Shown here: positions 52,771 through 63,906 of the stretch, piece after piece
How positions within the stretch are numbered: the first letter of the stretch is position 1
Layout: every line of letters starts with the position of its first letter
Assembly (NCBI GenBank): GCA_041687695.1
Contig: JAWLBL010000028.1
Span: 59,860-123,859 of the forward strand
Direction of reading: 5' to 3'
DNA from: Myxococcota bacterium
GTDB taxonomy: Bacteria > Myxococcota_A > UBA9042 > PHBI01 > JAWLBL01
DNA: 64,000 bases
The notes under the pieces: generated by a model
Database searches by the model: none
Told to the model about the DNA's origin: nothing
What the model saw: only the letters and a program-made list of their open reading frames with translations
Translations under genes and position numbers: made by a program

Positions 52771-54177
52771 TCACGCCAGGCGTCCGACCCGACGTAGCCC
52801 GGTCGCCGCCCAGGCGAGCAGCACCAACGCGGGCAGCACCAGCCCCAGCACGCCGCCGCCGACCCGCAGCGCCAGGCTGGACACGGGCTCCTCGACGAAG
52901 GCGAAGGCGGGCAGGGCGTCGTAGTCGGCGCTGGTCAGGCGCTGGCCGGCCCGCACGCGGTCGAAGAAGAAGGCCCGCCACTCATGGTGGAAGGCGTCGA
53001 CCTGCGCGTCGAAGCGCGCCTGGCGCAGCGCCCCGGTCCCGGCGACGTCGACCAGCGCCTCGTGCAGCACCAGCGCCGGCGACAGAAAGCGCAGCCCGTC
53101 GACCAGCGACTGCTGCGCGGCCAGCTGCTCGCGGAAGCGCACGACGACCGGCCCGATGCGCTGGTCAAGCTCCTCCTGCACGCTCAGCAGGCGGTCGCCC
53201 GCGGGCGCCCCCTCGCCGTGGGTGCCCTCGAGGGCGGTCAGCTCCTCCTCGATCTCGCTCGTCGCCTCGCGCGTCAGGTTCACCAGCTCGACCCGCGACG
53301 GCGGCGGGTAGGCCGCCTCGACCACGACCCGCACCAGCCCCGGCACCGCCACGACCAGCGCCAGCCACAGCCCGACCAGCGCCAGCGCGTTGCCCGCCGA
53401 GCTGCGCCCGCGCGCGTTGACCGCGACCGCCGCCGCGAACCAGAACAGCGCGTAGGCCACCAGCGCGCCCAGGTACAGCGCCGCCCGGGCCAGCCCGTCG
53501 CCGCCGAGCAGCCCGTCGCCCGCCCCGGCCAGCGCCGCCGCGGCCAGGACGAGCGTGACGCCGACCACGACCAGCGCGCGCTGGAAGGCCTTGCCCATGA
53601 CGAAGGTCGCCAGCGACACCGGCTGCGACAGCACCAGCGCCAGCGTGCCGCGCTCGCGCTCGCCGGCCACCAGATCGTAGGTCAGCGCGATGATGAGCAG
53701 CGGCAGCAGCACCACGAACACGAAGGCCAGGTCGAAGGCCCCGGTCATCTGCCGCGTCGGGCCGGTCATCGCCGCCTCGCCCTGCGGCGTCGCGGTCAGC
53801 CGGCTCTGGGTCGTCAGGCGCACCGTCCCGGCCAGCATGTCCCGCTGCCCGGCCGCGATGGACGCCAGCGGCGTCGGCGGCAGCGCCACCAGGCGCCCCG
53901 CCAGCCCGCGCCCCGCCACGGCCGGGTCGCCCGGGTCACGGGAGTAGGGCAGGGCGGGGCCGCCCGCCTCGACCGCCGCGAGCTGCGCCTTCAGCTCGGC
54001 CAGCTGCGCCGCCTCGGCCGCCACCGCCGCCTGCGCCGCCGCCCGCGAGACGTCGACCGAGGTCGCGCCGCTCCACGCCGCGTACGCCGCCATCACCGCG
54101 AGCAACCCCAGCAGCCACCCGACCGCCTTCTCGGCCAGCAGGTTCCGCCACTCGACCCGGACCACCTTCCAGAACAT
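52771..54177 (-). CDS. ABC-2 type permease (DUF3526-like)
   Basis: FDLAFV..LLPLLII, ERERGTL, LSP..DVAGTG. Confidence 0.88.
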   Translation of the reverse strand: MFWKVVRVEWRNLLAEKAVGWLLGLLAVMAAYAAWSGATSVDVSRAAAQAAVAAEAAQLAELKAQLAAVEAGGPALPYSRDPGDPAVAGRGLAGRLVALPPTPLASIAAGQRDMLAGTVRLTTQSRLTATPQGEAAMTGPTRQMTGAFDLAFVFVVLLPLLIIALTYDLVAGERERGTLALVLSQPVSLATFVMGKAFQRALVVVGVTLVLAAAALAGAGDGLLGGDGLARAALYLGALVAYALFWFAAAVAVNARGRSSAGNALALVGLWLALVVAVPGLVRVVVEAAYPPPSRVELVNLTREATSEIEEELTALEGTHGEGAPAGDRLLSVQEELDQRIGPVVVRFREQLAAQQSLVDGLRFLSPALVLHEALVDVAGTGALRQARFDAQVDAFHHEWRAFFFDRVRAGQRLTSADYDALPAFAFVEEPVSSLALRVGGGVLGLVLPALVLLAWAATGLRRVGRLA

Positions 54178-54195
54178 CGCGCTCCCCGGCCCGCG

Positions 54196-55638
54196 TCAGA
54201 AGACGCGCACGCGCGCCGCCGCCCATGCGGCCGCCGCCCACGCCAAACCCAGCCACAGCCCCAGCAGGGCCCAACCCAGCGCCTGCTCGGACAGCGCCCA
54301 ACCCAGCCCGGGCGGCTGGTGCTCGAAGGTCGGCGCCTTCTCCCACACCTCGCGCCCCGCCTTGTAGTCCCAGCCCGCCGTCCCGGCGTTCTGGGCGAAG
54401 TCGTCGTTCATCGCCTGCACCAGCGCCTTGCGGTAGCGCTCGGCGTCCACTTGGAAGGCCCGGTGGTGCGCGAAGTCCGTCCCGGCGAGCGACGCCGACA
54501 CCGTCCGAATCGCCAGCAGCGGCGACGCCAGCGCCGCCCACTGGGCCGCCCGCTCCTGCCGCGCCATCGCCTCCATCAGCTGCCCGATGTGGTGGTCGTA
54601 GACCTCGTCCTCGAAGGCCGCCTCGGCCTGCAGCTCGATGCCCTGCAGCGCCGACTCGTCCATCAGCGTCTCGGCGCCCGAAAAGCCCGCCTTGTCCAGC
54701 ATCGCGCTCGAGATCTCGTCGACCCGGTCCTCGCGCGGCGCCGACCCGGGCAGCCCGCCCTCGAGGCTGGCGCGCACGGCCTGCGTGAACTCGGCCGGCG
54801 TCGGCAGCGGCACGACGCGCACCGCGACGTCGCCGGCGATGCGCGGCACGACCAGCGAGGTCAGGCTCCAAAAGCCCACCAGCGCGACCAGCGCGAACCG
54901 GGACGACGGCGCCCGCGCCGAGATGAGGAAGGTCACGCCCGCGAAGGCTCCGAAGTACACCAGATAGGCCAGCGCCATCATGCCCAGGCGCCCGCCGACC
55001 TCGCCGCCCGTCGCGTCATGGGCGCCGTCGGCCTGCAGCGTCACCACCGCCGCGACCACGGCCGCCGGGATGAGCAGCATCCCCAGCACCGCGGCCAGCC
55101 CCAGCGCCTTGCCCGCCAGCAGCTGCGTCGGGCGGACCCCCGTGCTGGCGACCTGGCGCAGCGTGCCGCGCTCGCGCTCGCCGCTAAAGGCCCCGAAGCC
55201 CAGCGCGATGATGAGCAGCGGCACGAACAGCTGCAGCACCGTCGCGGCGGACAGCTGCCCGAAGCGGCTGATCGAGGCTTGATCGCGCGCGGCGGCGTCC
55301 TGCGGCAGGTTCTGCTGGTGCGCCTGCAGCTTCAGCGTCACGCCCAGGTACGGGTCCGCGCCCGGGTCCAGGAAGGCCAGCGCCCCCACCGGCTTGAACA
55401 CGTACTTGCCGTAGTGCGTGGCCACGTGCGGGTTCTTGTCGCCCTGGCCCTTCCAGTCCTCCTCGGCGACGTGCTGCGCGGCGGCCCGCTCGGCGGCCAG
55501 GGTCGAGGCCTGCTGCCAGCCGAAGGCCAGCGCCGTCATGAGGAGCAGCAGCACGAGCGCCCCGGCCACCCGGAAGCGGCCGTCCCGGACCAGCTCCTTC
55601 ATCTCTTTGCGCGCGACCAGCGCGACGGTTCGCATCAC
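54196..55638 (-). CDS. ABC-2 type permease (DUF3526-like)
   Basis: KNPHVATHYG, LDPG, AHQQN, RFG.L, ERERGTL, LAGTD. Confidence 0.9.
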   Translation of the reverse strand: MMRTVALVARKEMKELVRDGRFRVAGALVLLLLMTALAFGWQQASTLAAERAAAQHVAEEDWKGQGDKNPHVATHYGKYVFKPVGALAFLDPGADPYLGVTLKLQAHQQNLPQDAAARDQASISRFGQLSAATVLQLFVPLLIIALGFGAFSGERERGTLRQVASTGVRPTQLLAGKALGLAAVLGMLLIPAAVVAAVVTLQADGAHDATGGEVGGRLGMMALAYLVYFGAFAGVTFLISARAPSSRFALVALVGFWSLTSLVVPRIAGDVAVRVVPLPTPAEFTQAVRASLEGGLPGSAPREDRVDEISSAMLDKAGFSGAETLMDESALQGIELQAEAAFEDEVYDHHIGQLMEAMARQERAAQWAALASPLLAIRTVSASLAGTDFAHHRAFQVDAERYRKALVQAMNDDFAQNAGTAGWDYKAGREVWEKAPTFEHQPPGLGWALSEQALGWALLGLWLGLAWAAAAWAAARVRVF

Positions 55639-55648
55639 GGCGGCGCCC

Positions 55649-56362
55649 TCAGTCGTGCATGTGCTCGAGGTAGATGCGCTCGAGGTCGGCGTGCGACAGG
55701 TCCGCCGTCGCGTGCCGCCCGACCATCCGCCCCTGCTTCATGATGCCCACCCGCGTCCCGACCTCCTTGGAGTGGAACAGATCGTGGGTCGCCATCAGGA
55801 TGGCCACGCCCCGGTCGCGCATCCGCGCGAGCAGCTGCGAGAACTCGTTGGAGGCCTTGGGGTCCAGGCCGCTGGTCGGCTCGTCCAGCAGCAGCGCCGA
55901 GGCCCCCTTGGCGATGGCCATGGCGACGCCGACCTTCTGGCGCATGCCTTTCGAGTAGGTCCGGACCGGGCGGTCGGCCGCCTCCTTGGCCAGGCCCGCC
56001 TCGACCAGCGTCTCGCGCAGCGCGGTCTCGCCCAGCTCGTCACGGCCGGCCAGCCGGGTGAAGAACTCGAGGTTCTCGAGCCCGGTCAGGTTTGGATACA
56101 GCATGACGTTCTCGGGGATGTACGCCAGGTGGCGCTTGGTCTCGAGCCCGTGCTGCCCGACGTCGAGCCCCTTGATGCGCACCTGCCCGGCCGTCGGGGC
56201 GATGAACCCCAGAAACAGCTGGATGGTCGTGGTCTTGCCGGCGCCGTTGGCGCCCAGCAGACAGAAGACCTCGCCCTCCTCGATGGTGAGGTCCAGCCCC
56301 TGCAGGGCCACGAACCCGTCGTACTCCTTGCGCAGCCCCTGAGCCTCGAGCACCGCCGCCAT
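55649..56362 (-). CDS. ABC transporter ATP-binding subunit
   Basis: GANGAGKTT, YSKGMRQK, LLDEPTSGLDP. Confidence 0.95.
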   Translation of the reverse strand: MAAVLEAQGLRKEYDGFVALQGLDLTIEEGEVFCLLGANGAGKTTTIQLFLGFIAPTAGQVRIKGLDVGQHGLETKRHLAYIPENVMLYPNLTGLENLEFFTRLAGRDELGETALRETLVEAGLAKEAADRPVRTYSKGMRQKVGVAMAIAKGASALLLDEPTSGLDPKASNEFSQLLARMRDRGVAILMATHDLFHSKEVGTRVGIMKQGRMVGRHATADLSHADLERIYLEHMHD

Positions 56363-56530
56363 GTCGCTCCCGTCCGCCGCCGTTCGGCCAGTTCCGCGGC
56401 CCGCGGACCCCTGTCCACGCGCCGGGGCCGGACTGTACGCAGCCCTCCCGGCAGCGGCAAGCTACGGCGCAGCCCGTTAGCAGCCGGTTGGCAGCCCGGT
56501 CGCCCAGCGCGGCTCGCGGCGGCTCGGCCG

Positions 56531-56962
56531 TCAGGGGCAGGGGCGGGTGCCCTCGGCCGCGTAGAGCGGGAACTTCAGGCTGTCGCGCAGCACGACGCCG
56601 CGTCGGCGGGGCGGGGTGTCGCTGACGCGGACCTCGAGCTGGTAGGCGGCGGCGCGGCGGGGCAGGAAGCGCGCGCACTCGGTCAGGGTGTTGCCGCTGG
56701 CGTCGCTGCGCGTGACGGTGGGGCCGTCGAGGGGGGCCGCCTCGTCGAGGCGCTGCCAGGCGACGGTCAGCGGGTCTCCGTCGGGGTCGGAGGCGCTGAC
56801 GCAGATCTCGACCGGCTCGCAGGCGCGGACGAACTTGGCCGGGTTGAAGCTGACGTTGCCGATGACCGGGGCGCGGTTGGGGTCGTCACCGGCGGCGGCC
56901 GAGCGCGGCTGGCAGCCGGCGCCCAGCGCCCAGAGCAGGGCGAGACACGAGGCGAGGCGCAT
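56531..56962 (-). CDS. Small lipoprotein with Ig/PKD-like domain
   Basis: GAG|C lipobox; NRAPVI, ASDPDGDPLTVAW, YQLEVRVSD. Confidence 0.75.
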   Translation of the reverse strand: MRLASCLALLWALGAGCQPRSAAAGDDPNRAPVIGNVSFNPAKFVRACEPVEICVSASDPDGDPLTVAWQRLDEAAPLDGPTVTRSDASGNTLTECARFLPRRAAAYQLEVRVSDTPPRRRGVVLRDSLKFPLYAAEGTRPCP

Positions 56963-57102
56963 GGGTCCTCTCGGAAGGCGGCACGGGTGGCGGGGGAGGG
57001 GCCACCGTGCCGCCCACGCGCCCGCGGTTCAACCCCCGGGCCGCGAACGGCGTTGCGACGGCCCGACGCTCTGGTATGACGGTCCCCCGGAGGGACCGAA
57101 CG

Positions 57103-58107
57103 ATGCGCAAGACGACCTGGGCCATGATCGCCGCGCTGGCGCTGACCATCTCCGCCTGCGGCGACGAGGGCCCCTCGGCCACCCCCGCCGACGCCGCCGA
57201 CGCCGCCGCCGACACGGCACCGGACGGGCAGGGCGACGCCTCCTCCGACAGCGAAGACCCCGACACGGTCCCGGACACGGCCCCGGATCCCGACACGGCC
57301 ACGGACACGGCCACGGACACGGCCTCTGACACGGCCCCGGACCCCGACACGGCCACCGACCCCGACACGGCCGCGGACACGGCCACGGACCCCGACACGG
57401 CCACCGACACGGCCATGGACACGACCCCCGACACGGCCACCGACACGGCCCTGGACCCCGACACCGCCCCCGACACCGGCCCCCCCGAGCCCCCCACCGC
57501 CTTCGGCACCATCACCGGCGCCTGCGGCGCCCTCGCGGCCGAGCTCGACAACCCCGACCCCAGCTTCCACCTCAACCTCTTCCACTTCGACGGCGACCCC
57601 TTCGACCCCGCCGACCTCGACCCCGACGCCTTCGTCCTCTTCGACGGCCCCAACGCCGGCGGCTCCTCCAAGTGCTCCGAGACCTTCAGCATGGAGGTCC
57701 TCGACGCCTGCGAGGCCGCCGACCTCTACAAGACCGAGACCGAGATCACCTACACCGCTCAGGGCTCGATCACCGACTACGCCGTCTGGATGGCGGGCGA
57801 GCGCGTCGGCGTCTCCGTCAGCCGCGCCTACAAGGGCCCCATCCTGGTCTACACGGTCGAGGACGCGACGACCCTGCTCACCAAGAAGCTCGAAGGCGTC
57901 AACGAGAGCAGCGCCAACGTCAGCGACGACGACGTCTGGGTGAAGCAGATCCTCCACATCTGGACCCTCAACGCCGAGTGGGCCGTCCTCGTCGAGCAGG
58001 CCTGGGACGAGCTCGACCCCGCGCTCAAGGCGGACACCATCGTCCTGATGAGCGTCGAGCTGGGCAGCGACTTCGTCACCACCGACAGCTGCGACGACGC
58101 CTTCTGA
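57103..58107 (+). CDS. Lipoprotein with Asp/Thr/Pro repeat stalk and AAC4-like C-terminal domain
   Basis: GGAGG RBS; ISA|C lipobox; PNAGGSS..SE, KTETEI.Y, SITDY, VGVSVSRA. Confidence 0.75.
   Translation: MRKTTWAMIAALALTISACGDEGPSATPADAADAAADTAPDGQGDASSDSEDPDTVPDTAPDPDTATDTATDTASDTAPDPDTATDPDTAADTATDPDTATDTAMDTTPDTATDTALDPDTAPDTGPPEPPTAFGTITGACGALAAELDNPDPSFHLNLFHFDGDPFDPADLDPDAFVLFDGPNAGGSSKCSETFSMEVLDACEAADLYKTETEITYTAQGSITDYAVWMAGERVGVSVSRAYKGPILVYTVEDATTLLTKKLEGVNESSANVSDDDVWVKQILHIWTLNAEWAVLVEQAWDELDPALKADTIVLMSVELGSDFVTTDSCDDAF
57262..57477 (+). repeat. Intragenic GACACGGCC-based minisatellite (DTAT/DTAP/DP units)
   Basis: More than ten GACAC(G/C)GCC units spaced 12 or 18 bp apart. Confidence 0.85.
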
Positions 58108-58189
58108 CGGCGCCCCGCTGGCGGGGCCCGCTGAAGGCCGCCCGCTGACGAGCGCCCGCTGACGAGCGCCTGTCGAAGCAACGCGCCCG

Positions 58190-59720
58190 GCGCCTCCGAC
58201 CGCCCCGCCGTCGGCGCCCTCGTCACCCTCACCACCCCCGACGGCGCCGTCCACCAGGCCCGCACCGACCTCGACGGCCGCTTCCACCTGGACGCCCTGC
58301 CGCCCGGCGCCTACCAGCTGCGAGTCGACGCCCCCGGCCTCGGCAGCCTCACCCTCCCCATCGCCGTCGCCGACGGCCACACCGTCGAGCCCGTCCTCCG
58401 CCTGCTCCCCTCCGGCCGCCAGGACCCCATCGACGTCACCGTCCAGGGCCCCTCGGCCAGCGAGCGCCTGCGCCACTCCGCCCGCGCCGTCCAGGTCATC
58501 GACACCGGCGACGCCAAGCAGCGGTCCGCCGACCTCGGCGAGGTCCTCGCCCGCGAAAAGGGCGTCGGCGTCCAGCGCGGCGGCGGCCTCGGCTCCGGCA
58601 GCCGCATGTCCCTCGCGGGCCTGTCCGGCGACCAGATCCGCCTCTTCATCGACGGCGTCCCCCTCGATCTGTCCGGCTACCCGTTCGGCCTCGCCAACGT
58701 CCCGGTCAACCTGGTCGAGCGCGTCGAGGTCTACCGCGGCGTGGTCCCCATCCGCTTCGGCGCCGACGCCCTGGGCGGCGCCGTCAACCTGGTCACCACC
58801 GACGACCTCACCGGCACCCACGGCGCGGCCTCCTACCAGTTCGGCTCCTTCGGCACGCACCGGCTGACCCTGGGCGCTCGCCACCACGACCCCGCCACGG
58901 GCCTGTTCGCCCGAGTCGGCGGCTTCCTCGACGACGCCGACAACGACTACGCCATCGACGTCGAGGTCCCCGACGACCGCGGCCGCCTCGCCCCGGCCCG
59001 CGTCCGCCGCTTCCACGACGCCTACCACGCGGCCGGCGCCAAGCTCGAGGCGGGCCTGCTCGACCGCCCCTGGGCCAAGCGCCTCGTGCTCGGCGCCTTC
59101 GTCGCCGGCTTCGACAAGGAGCTGCAGCACAACGTCGTCATGACCGTGCCCTACGGCGAGGTCGAGTACGGCCGCGTCAGCGCCGGCGCCACGGTCGCCT
59201 ATCGCCACGTCCTCGCCGACCGGCTCACCGTCGACCTCCTGGGCGGCTACGCCCACGGCCGCACCCGTCTCCTCGACGTCGGCGACTGCGTCTACGACTG
59301 GTACGGCCGCTGCGTCACCGAGCGCCGCCAGCCCGGCGAGCTCGAGCCCCGCCCGCGCGACCAGGTCACCTGGCAGGACAGCGGCTACGCCCGCCTCGAC
59401 CTAGGCTGGCGCCTGTCGCCCGCCCACGCGCTGCGTGTGTCCCTGTCGCCGACCTTCACCACCCGCACCGGCGACGAGCGCCGCCAGCTCGACCCCGCCG
59501 CCCGCGACCCCCTGACCGCCCAGCAGGACCTCTTCACCCTGGTCGGCGGCGTCGAGCACGAGCTGGACGCCCTCGGCGACCGCCTCGAGAACATCGCCTT
59601 CTTCAAGACCTACAGCCAGCTCGCCCGCGCCGAGGAGCCGCTCCCCGGCGCCGTCTTCCGCCGCCACGGCCGCGACACCCAGCGCCTGGGCCTCGGCGAC
59701 TCCCTCCGCGACCGCCTCCA
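58190..59720 (+). pseudogene. TonB-dependent receptor (MxcH-like) truncated at both ends
   Basis: Frame carries a carboxypeptidase-regulatory-like domain, plug (VERVEVYRG..GADALGGAVNLV) and partial barrel; no start or signal peptide after the in-frame stop at 58132; similarity ends near 59718. Confidence 0.8.
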
Positions 59721-60026
59721 GTCGTCGACACCACCAAGGTCAACACCGACAAGGTCAACACCGAGCCCGGCGCCACCTACGGCGAGTGGTACGCGGACGG
59801 CTGGACCTGGCGCCACTACGACCTCGCGACCCTCGGCGACGAGGTCATCGCCGTCGACGAGGAGGGCGCCTACTCGAGCGCGGCCTACGTCATCGGCAGC
59901 GACTTCTTCATCAGCCAGACCAAGCCCGACTACTCGGAGACGACGCTGCTCAACCTCAGCGGCGAGCAGCCGAGCCCGACGGTGACCTACCCCGGCTTCA
60001 CCCTGGACGTCGTCCGCGTCCGCTAG
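59721..60026 (+). pseudogene. 3' remnant of an MxcI-like lipoprotein gene
   Basis: Different frame with no start: ...GWTWRHYDL...PDYSETTLLNL..TYPGFTLDVVRVR*; strong GC3 codon pattern. Confidence 0.6.
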
Positions 60027-60098
60027 CCTGCGCCAACCCCCGACCGGCGCCGCCCTCCTCGTACGAGGGGCGGCGGCGCCGCAGGAGGCCTCCTCATC

Positions 60099-60800
<702 letters not shown>

Positions 60801-60820
60801 GCGCGCCCGCCGTCGCCCGC

Positions 60821-62068
60821 TCAGGCGCCCATGTGCGTGGGCACCCGCAGCTCGAGCCGCGTCCCGTGACCCGGGTGCGAGGTCACCGTCAGGTCGCCGC
60901 CGTGCAGCACCGCGATGCGCTTGGCCAGGTGCAGCCCCAGCCCCAGCCCGCGCGAGTCGGGCCCCGGCGCGAAGCGCTCGAACAGGCGCGGCAGCACCTC
61001 GGGCGGCACCCCGGGGCCCTGATCGGCGATGTGGACCACCGCGCAGGGGCCGCCCTCCGAGTCGACGACCATCAGATCGATCTGCACGGCCGCGCCCTCG
61101 GGCGAGTGGGCCACCGCGTTCGACAGCAGGTTGCCGACGCACTGCCGCAGCCGCGCCGGGTCGGCGCTGACGACGACCTCCTCGTAGGGGCACACCTCGA
61201 TGGGGTGCGCCGGCGTGGACAGGCCGGCCGCGGTCTCCTCCAGGAAGCTCCGCAGCTCGAGCGGCTCGGGCATGAGGTGCATCAGCCCCTGGTCGATGCG
61301 CGCCACGTCCAGCATGTCCATCACCAGCCCCGACAGCCGCTCGAGGGCCAGCAGCGCGTGCGCCGTGTCGCGCAGATCGCGCGCCCGCTGCTCGCGCTCG
61401 GCGCGCCGGCGCAACAGATCGACGCGCGCGCGGAGCGGCGTCAGGTAGTTGCGGAAGTCGTGCGCCAGGACGGTGACCAGCTCCTCGGCCGCGACGCGCC
61501 GCCCCTCGTCCATGGCGCCCTGCGTCGTCGCGGCGACCAGCTCGGCGCGGTGGGTCAGCACACCGATCCACCGCGCCACGGCCTCGGCGAACCGCGCGTC
61601 GCTGGCGCTGAAGCGGTCGGCAGCGAGCGACGAGATGAGCAGCACGCCCCGCCGCGCCCCGGTGACGTCCAGGGCCACGCCCAGGCTCGACTTGACGCCC
61701 AGCCCCTGCTTGATGCCCAGCAGCTCGTCCGCGTCCTGGTCGGCGCGCCCGCTCACGAAGGTCTCGCCGGTCGTGAAGACCTGCACGGCGCGCCCCCCGT
61801 TGGCGATCTGCAGGACGTCCAAGCCCAGCCGCCGCTGCTGGGCGCTCAGCGGCTGCCTGCTCGTCCCCAGCGCGACCAGGGACGCGCGCGCCGGGTCCAG
61901 CACGAACACGTCGACCTTGTCGGCGCCGAGCGCCTCGGCCACGAGATCCGCCGCCTTCGACAGCGCGTCGCCCAGGTCGACGCTCTGGATCTCGAGCAGC
62001 CGCTCGAGCGTCGTGAGCAGCCGCCCCTCGACGGAGGCGTCCTGCGCCGGTCGTTCCTGCATGGCCAT
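60821..62068 (-). CDS. GAF sensor histidine kinase
   Basis: GAF domain, LAHDFRNYL, NLLSNA, DQGPG, GLGLGL. Confidence 0.93.
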   Translation of the reverse strand: MAMQERPAQDASVEGRLLTTLERLLEIQSVDLGDALSKAADLVAEALGADKVDVFVLDPARASLVALGTSRQPLSAQQRRLGLDVLQIANGGRAVQVFTTGETFVSGRADQDADELLGIKQGLGVKSSLGVALDVTGARRGVLLISSLAADRFSASDARFAEAVARWIGVLTHRAELVAATTQGAMDEGRRVAAEELVTVLAHDFRNYLTPLRARVDLLRRRAEREQRARDLRDTAHALLALERLSGLVMDMLDVARIDQGLMHLMPEPLELRSFLEETAAGLSTPAHPIEVCPYEEVVVSADPARLRQCVGNLLSNAVAHSPEGAAVQIDLMVVDSEGGPCAVVHIADQGPGVPPEVLPRLFERFAPGPDSRGLGLGLHLAKRIAVLHGGDLTVTSHPGHGTRLELRVPTHMGA

Positions 62069-62140
62069 CGGTGTCCTCGGCTCGGGGGCGGCGATGGGGT
62101 AACAGTGCGACCCCGCCCGACGAGGGCAACCGAAGGCGCG

Positions 62141-63268
62141 CTACCAGCGCCGGCTCGACCCGCCGCCGCCCGAGCGCCCGCCGCCGAAGCTCGACCCCGA
62201 GCTGCGGCTGCCCGAGCCGAACGAGCTGCCGCTGGACCGATAACCGCCCGACGACGACGTCGTGCTGCGCGTCTTGCGGGGCAGGGTGCGCGTGCGGCGG
62301 CTCGAGTAGTCGCAGTGGGCGCAGCTCTCCGTCACCTCGGCCAGCCCGGACGAGTCGTAGGTGGCAGGGGTGATCGTGCGGGTGTCGACCCGGCGGGTCT
62401 TGTAGCCGCAGGACGGGCACCTCGAGCGGCCACTCAGCCACTTGTTCAGCCGGATCGTCCTGGTGTGGTCGCAGGTCGCGCAGTCCCAGATCTCGTAGTC
62501 GACCGACTGCAGCGCCTCCTCGGTGCGCTGGCCGGCGTCGAGCCGCTCGTCGTCCTCGGTGTCCGGCACCATCGTCATCATCACCTGGCAGGTCGGGCAG
62601 GTGCGGTCGCGGCGGTGCTTGCGCCGCCAGCCCCACACCCCGACCACCCCCAGCCCGCCGAAGCCCAGCCACCCCCACGGCGCGCCCGATCCCCCCGTCG
62701 CCCCGCCTCCCGCGCCCCCTCCCGCCCCGGGGACCGGCGCCGAGGCCCTGGTCCCGATGAGGTCCTTGCGGGCCCGCAGCTGCCCCAGGCACGCCTCGAG
62801 CCCGGCCATCAGCCCGGCCCCGTACCGCCCCTCCTTGAAGTGCGGCAGCATCGCCTCGCCCTGCATGTCCCACAGCCAGCCGTCGGTCAGCGCCGCCTCC
62901 AGCCCATAGCCGGTCTCGATCTCGATCGTCCGCTCGCCCCGCACCAGCAGGATCAGCAGCCCGGTGTCGCGCCCCGCCTTGCCGATGCCCCAGTGGGCGA
63001 AGAGATCCGTCGCGAAGTCCTTGGTGGTCGGCGCGTCGACCGACTCGACCGTCACGACGGCGATCTCGACCCCCAGCTCGCGGTCGGCCGCGTCGATGAG
63101 CGCGTTCATCCGCTGCTCGGTCGGGACGTCGATGACGTCGATGGTGTCGCTGACCCAGCCGTTGCCGACCCGGGGATTGGGCACGCCCGTGACCGGCACC
63201 CCCAGCGCCGTCGCCGCGACCAGCAGCGCCGCCGCCGCCCCCAACGCCGTCATGGCTCGCCTCATCAC
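62141..63268 (-). CDS. TPM-domain membrane protein with Zn-ribbons and Gly/Ser-rich tail
   Basis: EIAVVTV, WGIG..DTGLLIL, IETGYGLE; four CxxC; FGGGRSGGGGSSRRW. Confidence 0.9.
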   Translation of the reverse strand: MMRRAMTALGAAAALLVAATALGVPVTGVPNPRVGNGWVSDTIDVIDVPTEQRMNALIDAADRELGVEIAVVTVESVDAPTTKDFATDLFAHWGIGKAGRDTGLLILLVRGERTIEIETGYGLEAALTDGWLWDMQGEAMLPHFKEGRYGAGLMAGLEACLGQLRARKDLIGTRASAPVPGAGGGAGGGATGGSGAPWGWLGFGGLGVVGVWGWRRKHRRDRTCPTCQVMMTMVPDTEDDERLDAGQRTEEALQSVDYEIWDCATCDHTRTIRLNKWLSGRSRCPSCGYKTRRVDTRTITPATYDSSGLAEVTESCAHCDYSSRRTRTLPRKTRSTTSSSGGYRSSGSSFGSGSRSSGSSFGGGRSGGGGSSRRW

Positions 63269-63867
63269 TCGCCTCCCTCGACCCGCAGCGGCACCTCGCT
63301 GGGCAGCCCCCGCAGCCGAACCCCCAGCCAGGCCCGGTTCTGCCCCGCGACGGCGTTGTAGGCCGCCGCCGCCTCCTGATAACGCGACGTCTCGACCCGC
63401 ACCCGGTTCTCGGCGCCCACCAGCTCGGCCGTCTTGTCCGTCGAGTCCGGCTGCCCCTCGAACAGGCGCCCGATCGCCGCGCGCCGCTCGATGACGCTCT
63501 GCACCCGCGCCCGCTGCGCCTCGACCTGCGCGTGCAGATCCCGCAGCCCCGCCGTCGACACCAGCCCCACCAGGACCACCACCGCGACCAGCGCGCCCGC
63601 CGCCATCCCGACCCGCGTCAGCCGCCGCCGCCGCCGCTCGTCCTTCGCCGCCTGCGCGCGCGCCGCCTCCTCGCGCCGCCGAATCAGCTCGCCCCGCGCC
63701 CGGTCGATGGCCTGCGCCGACACGCCCAGGTCCTCTCCCACCGCGTACAGATCCGCCAACGGCAGCCGGTCCGCGTGCTTGCGCTCCAGCTCGTCGGCCA
63801 GGCCGATGACGTCGTCGACGTCTTCGAACGGGATGCCCTCCCTGGGGTCGTCTCTGTGCGATCTCAA
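63265..63867 (-). CDS. LemA-like membrane protein
   Basis: Single TM; ELVGAENRVRVETSRYQEAAAAYN resembles the LemA core; coupled to the TPM gene. Confidence 0.65.
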   Translation of the reverse strand: MRSHRDDPREGIPFEDVDDVIGLADELERKHADRLPLADLYAVGEDLGVSAQAIDRARGELIRRREEAARAQAAKDERRRRRLTRVGMAAGALVAVVVLVGLVSTAGLRDLHAQVEAQRARVQSVIERRAAIGRLFEGQPDSTDKTAELVGAENRVRVETSRYQEAAAAYNAVAGQNRAWLGVRLRGLPSEVPLRVEGGE

Positions 63868-63906
63868 TGGCTGCGTCCCCGTCCCGTGCGCTCCCCGGAA
63901 GGCTAG

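Noticed and set aside
58606..59985. Intact 459-aa TonB-dependent receptor
   Set aside because: Starts inside the plug, lacks a signal peptide and the C-terminal barrel strands, and its last ~88 aa are off-frame
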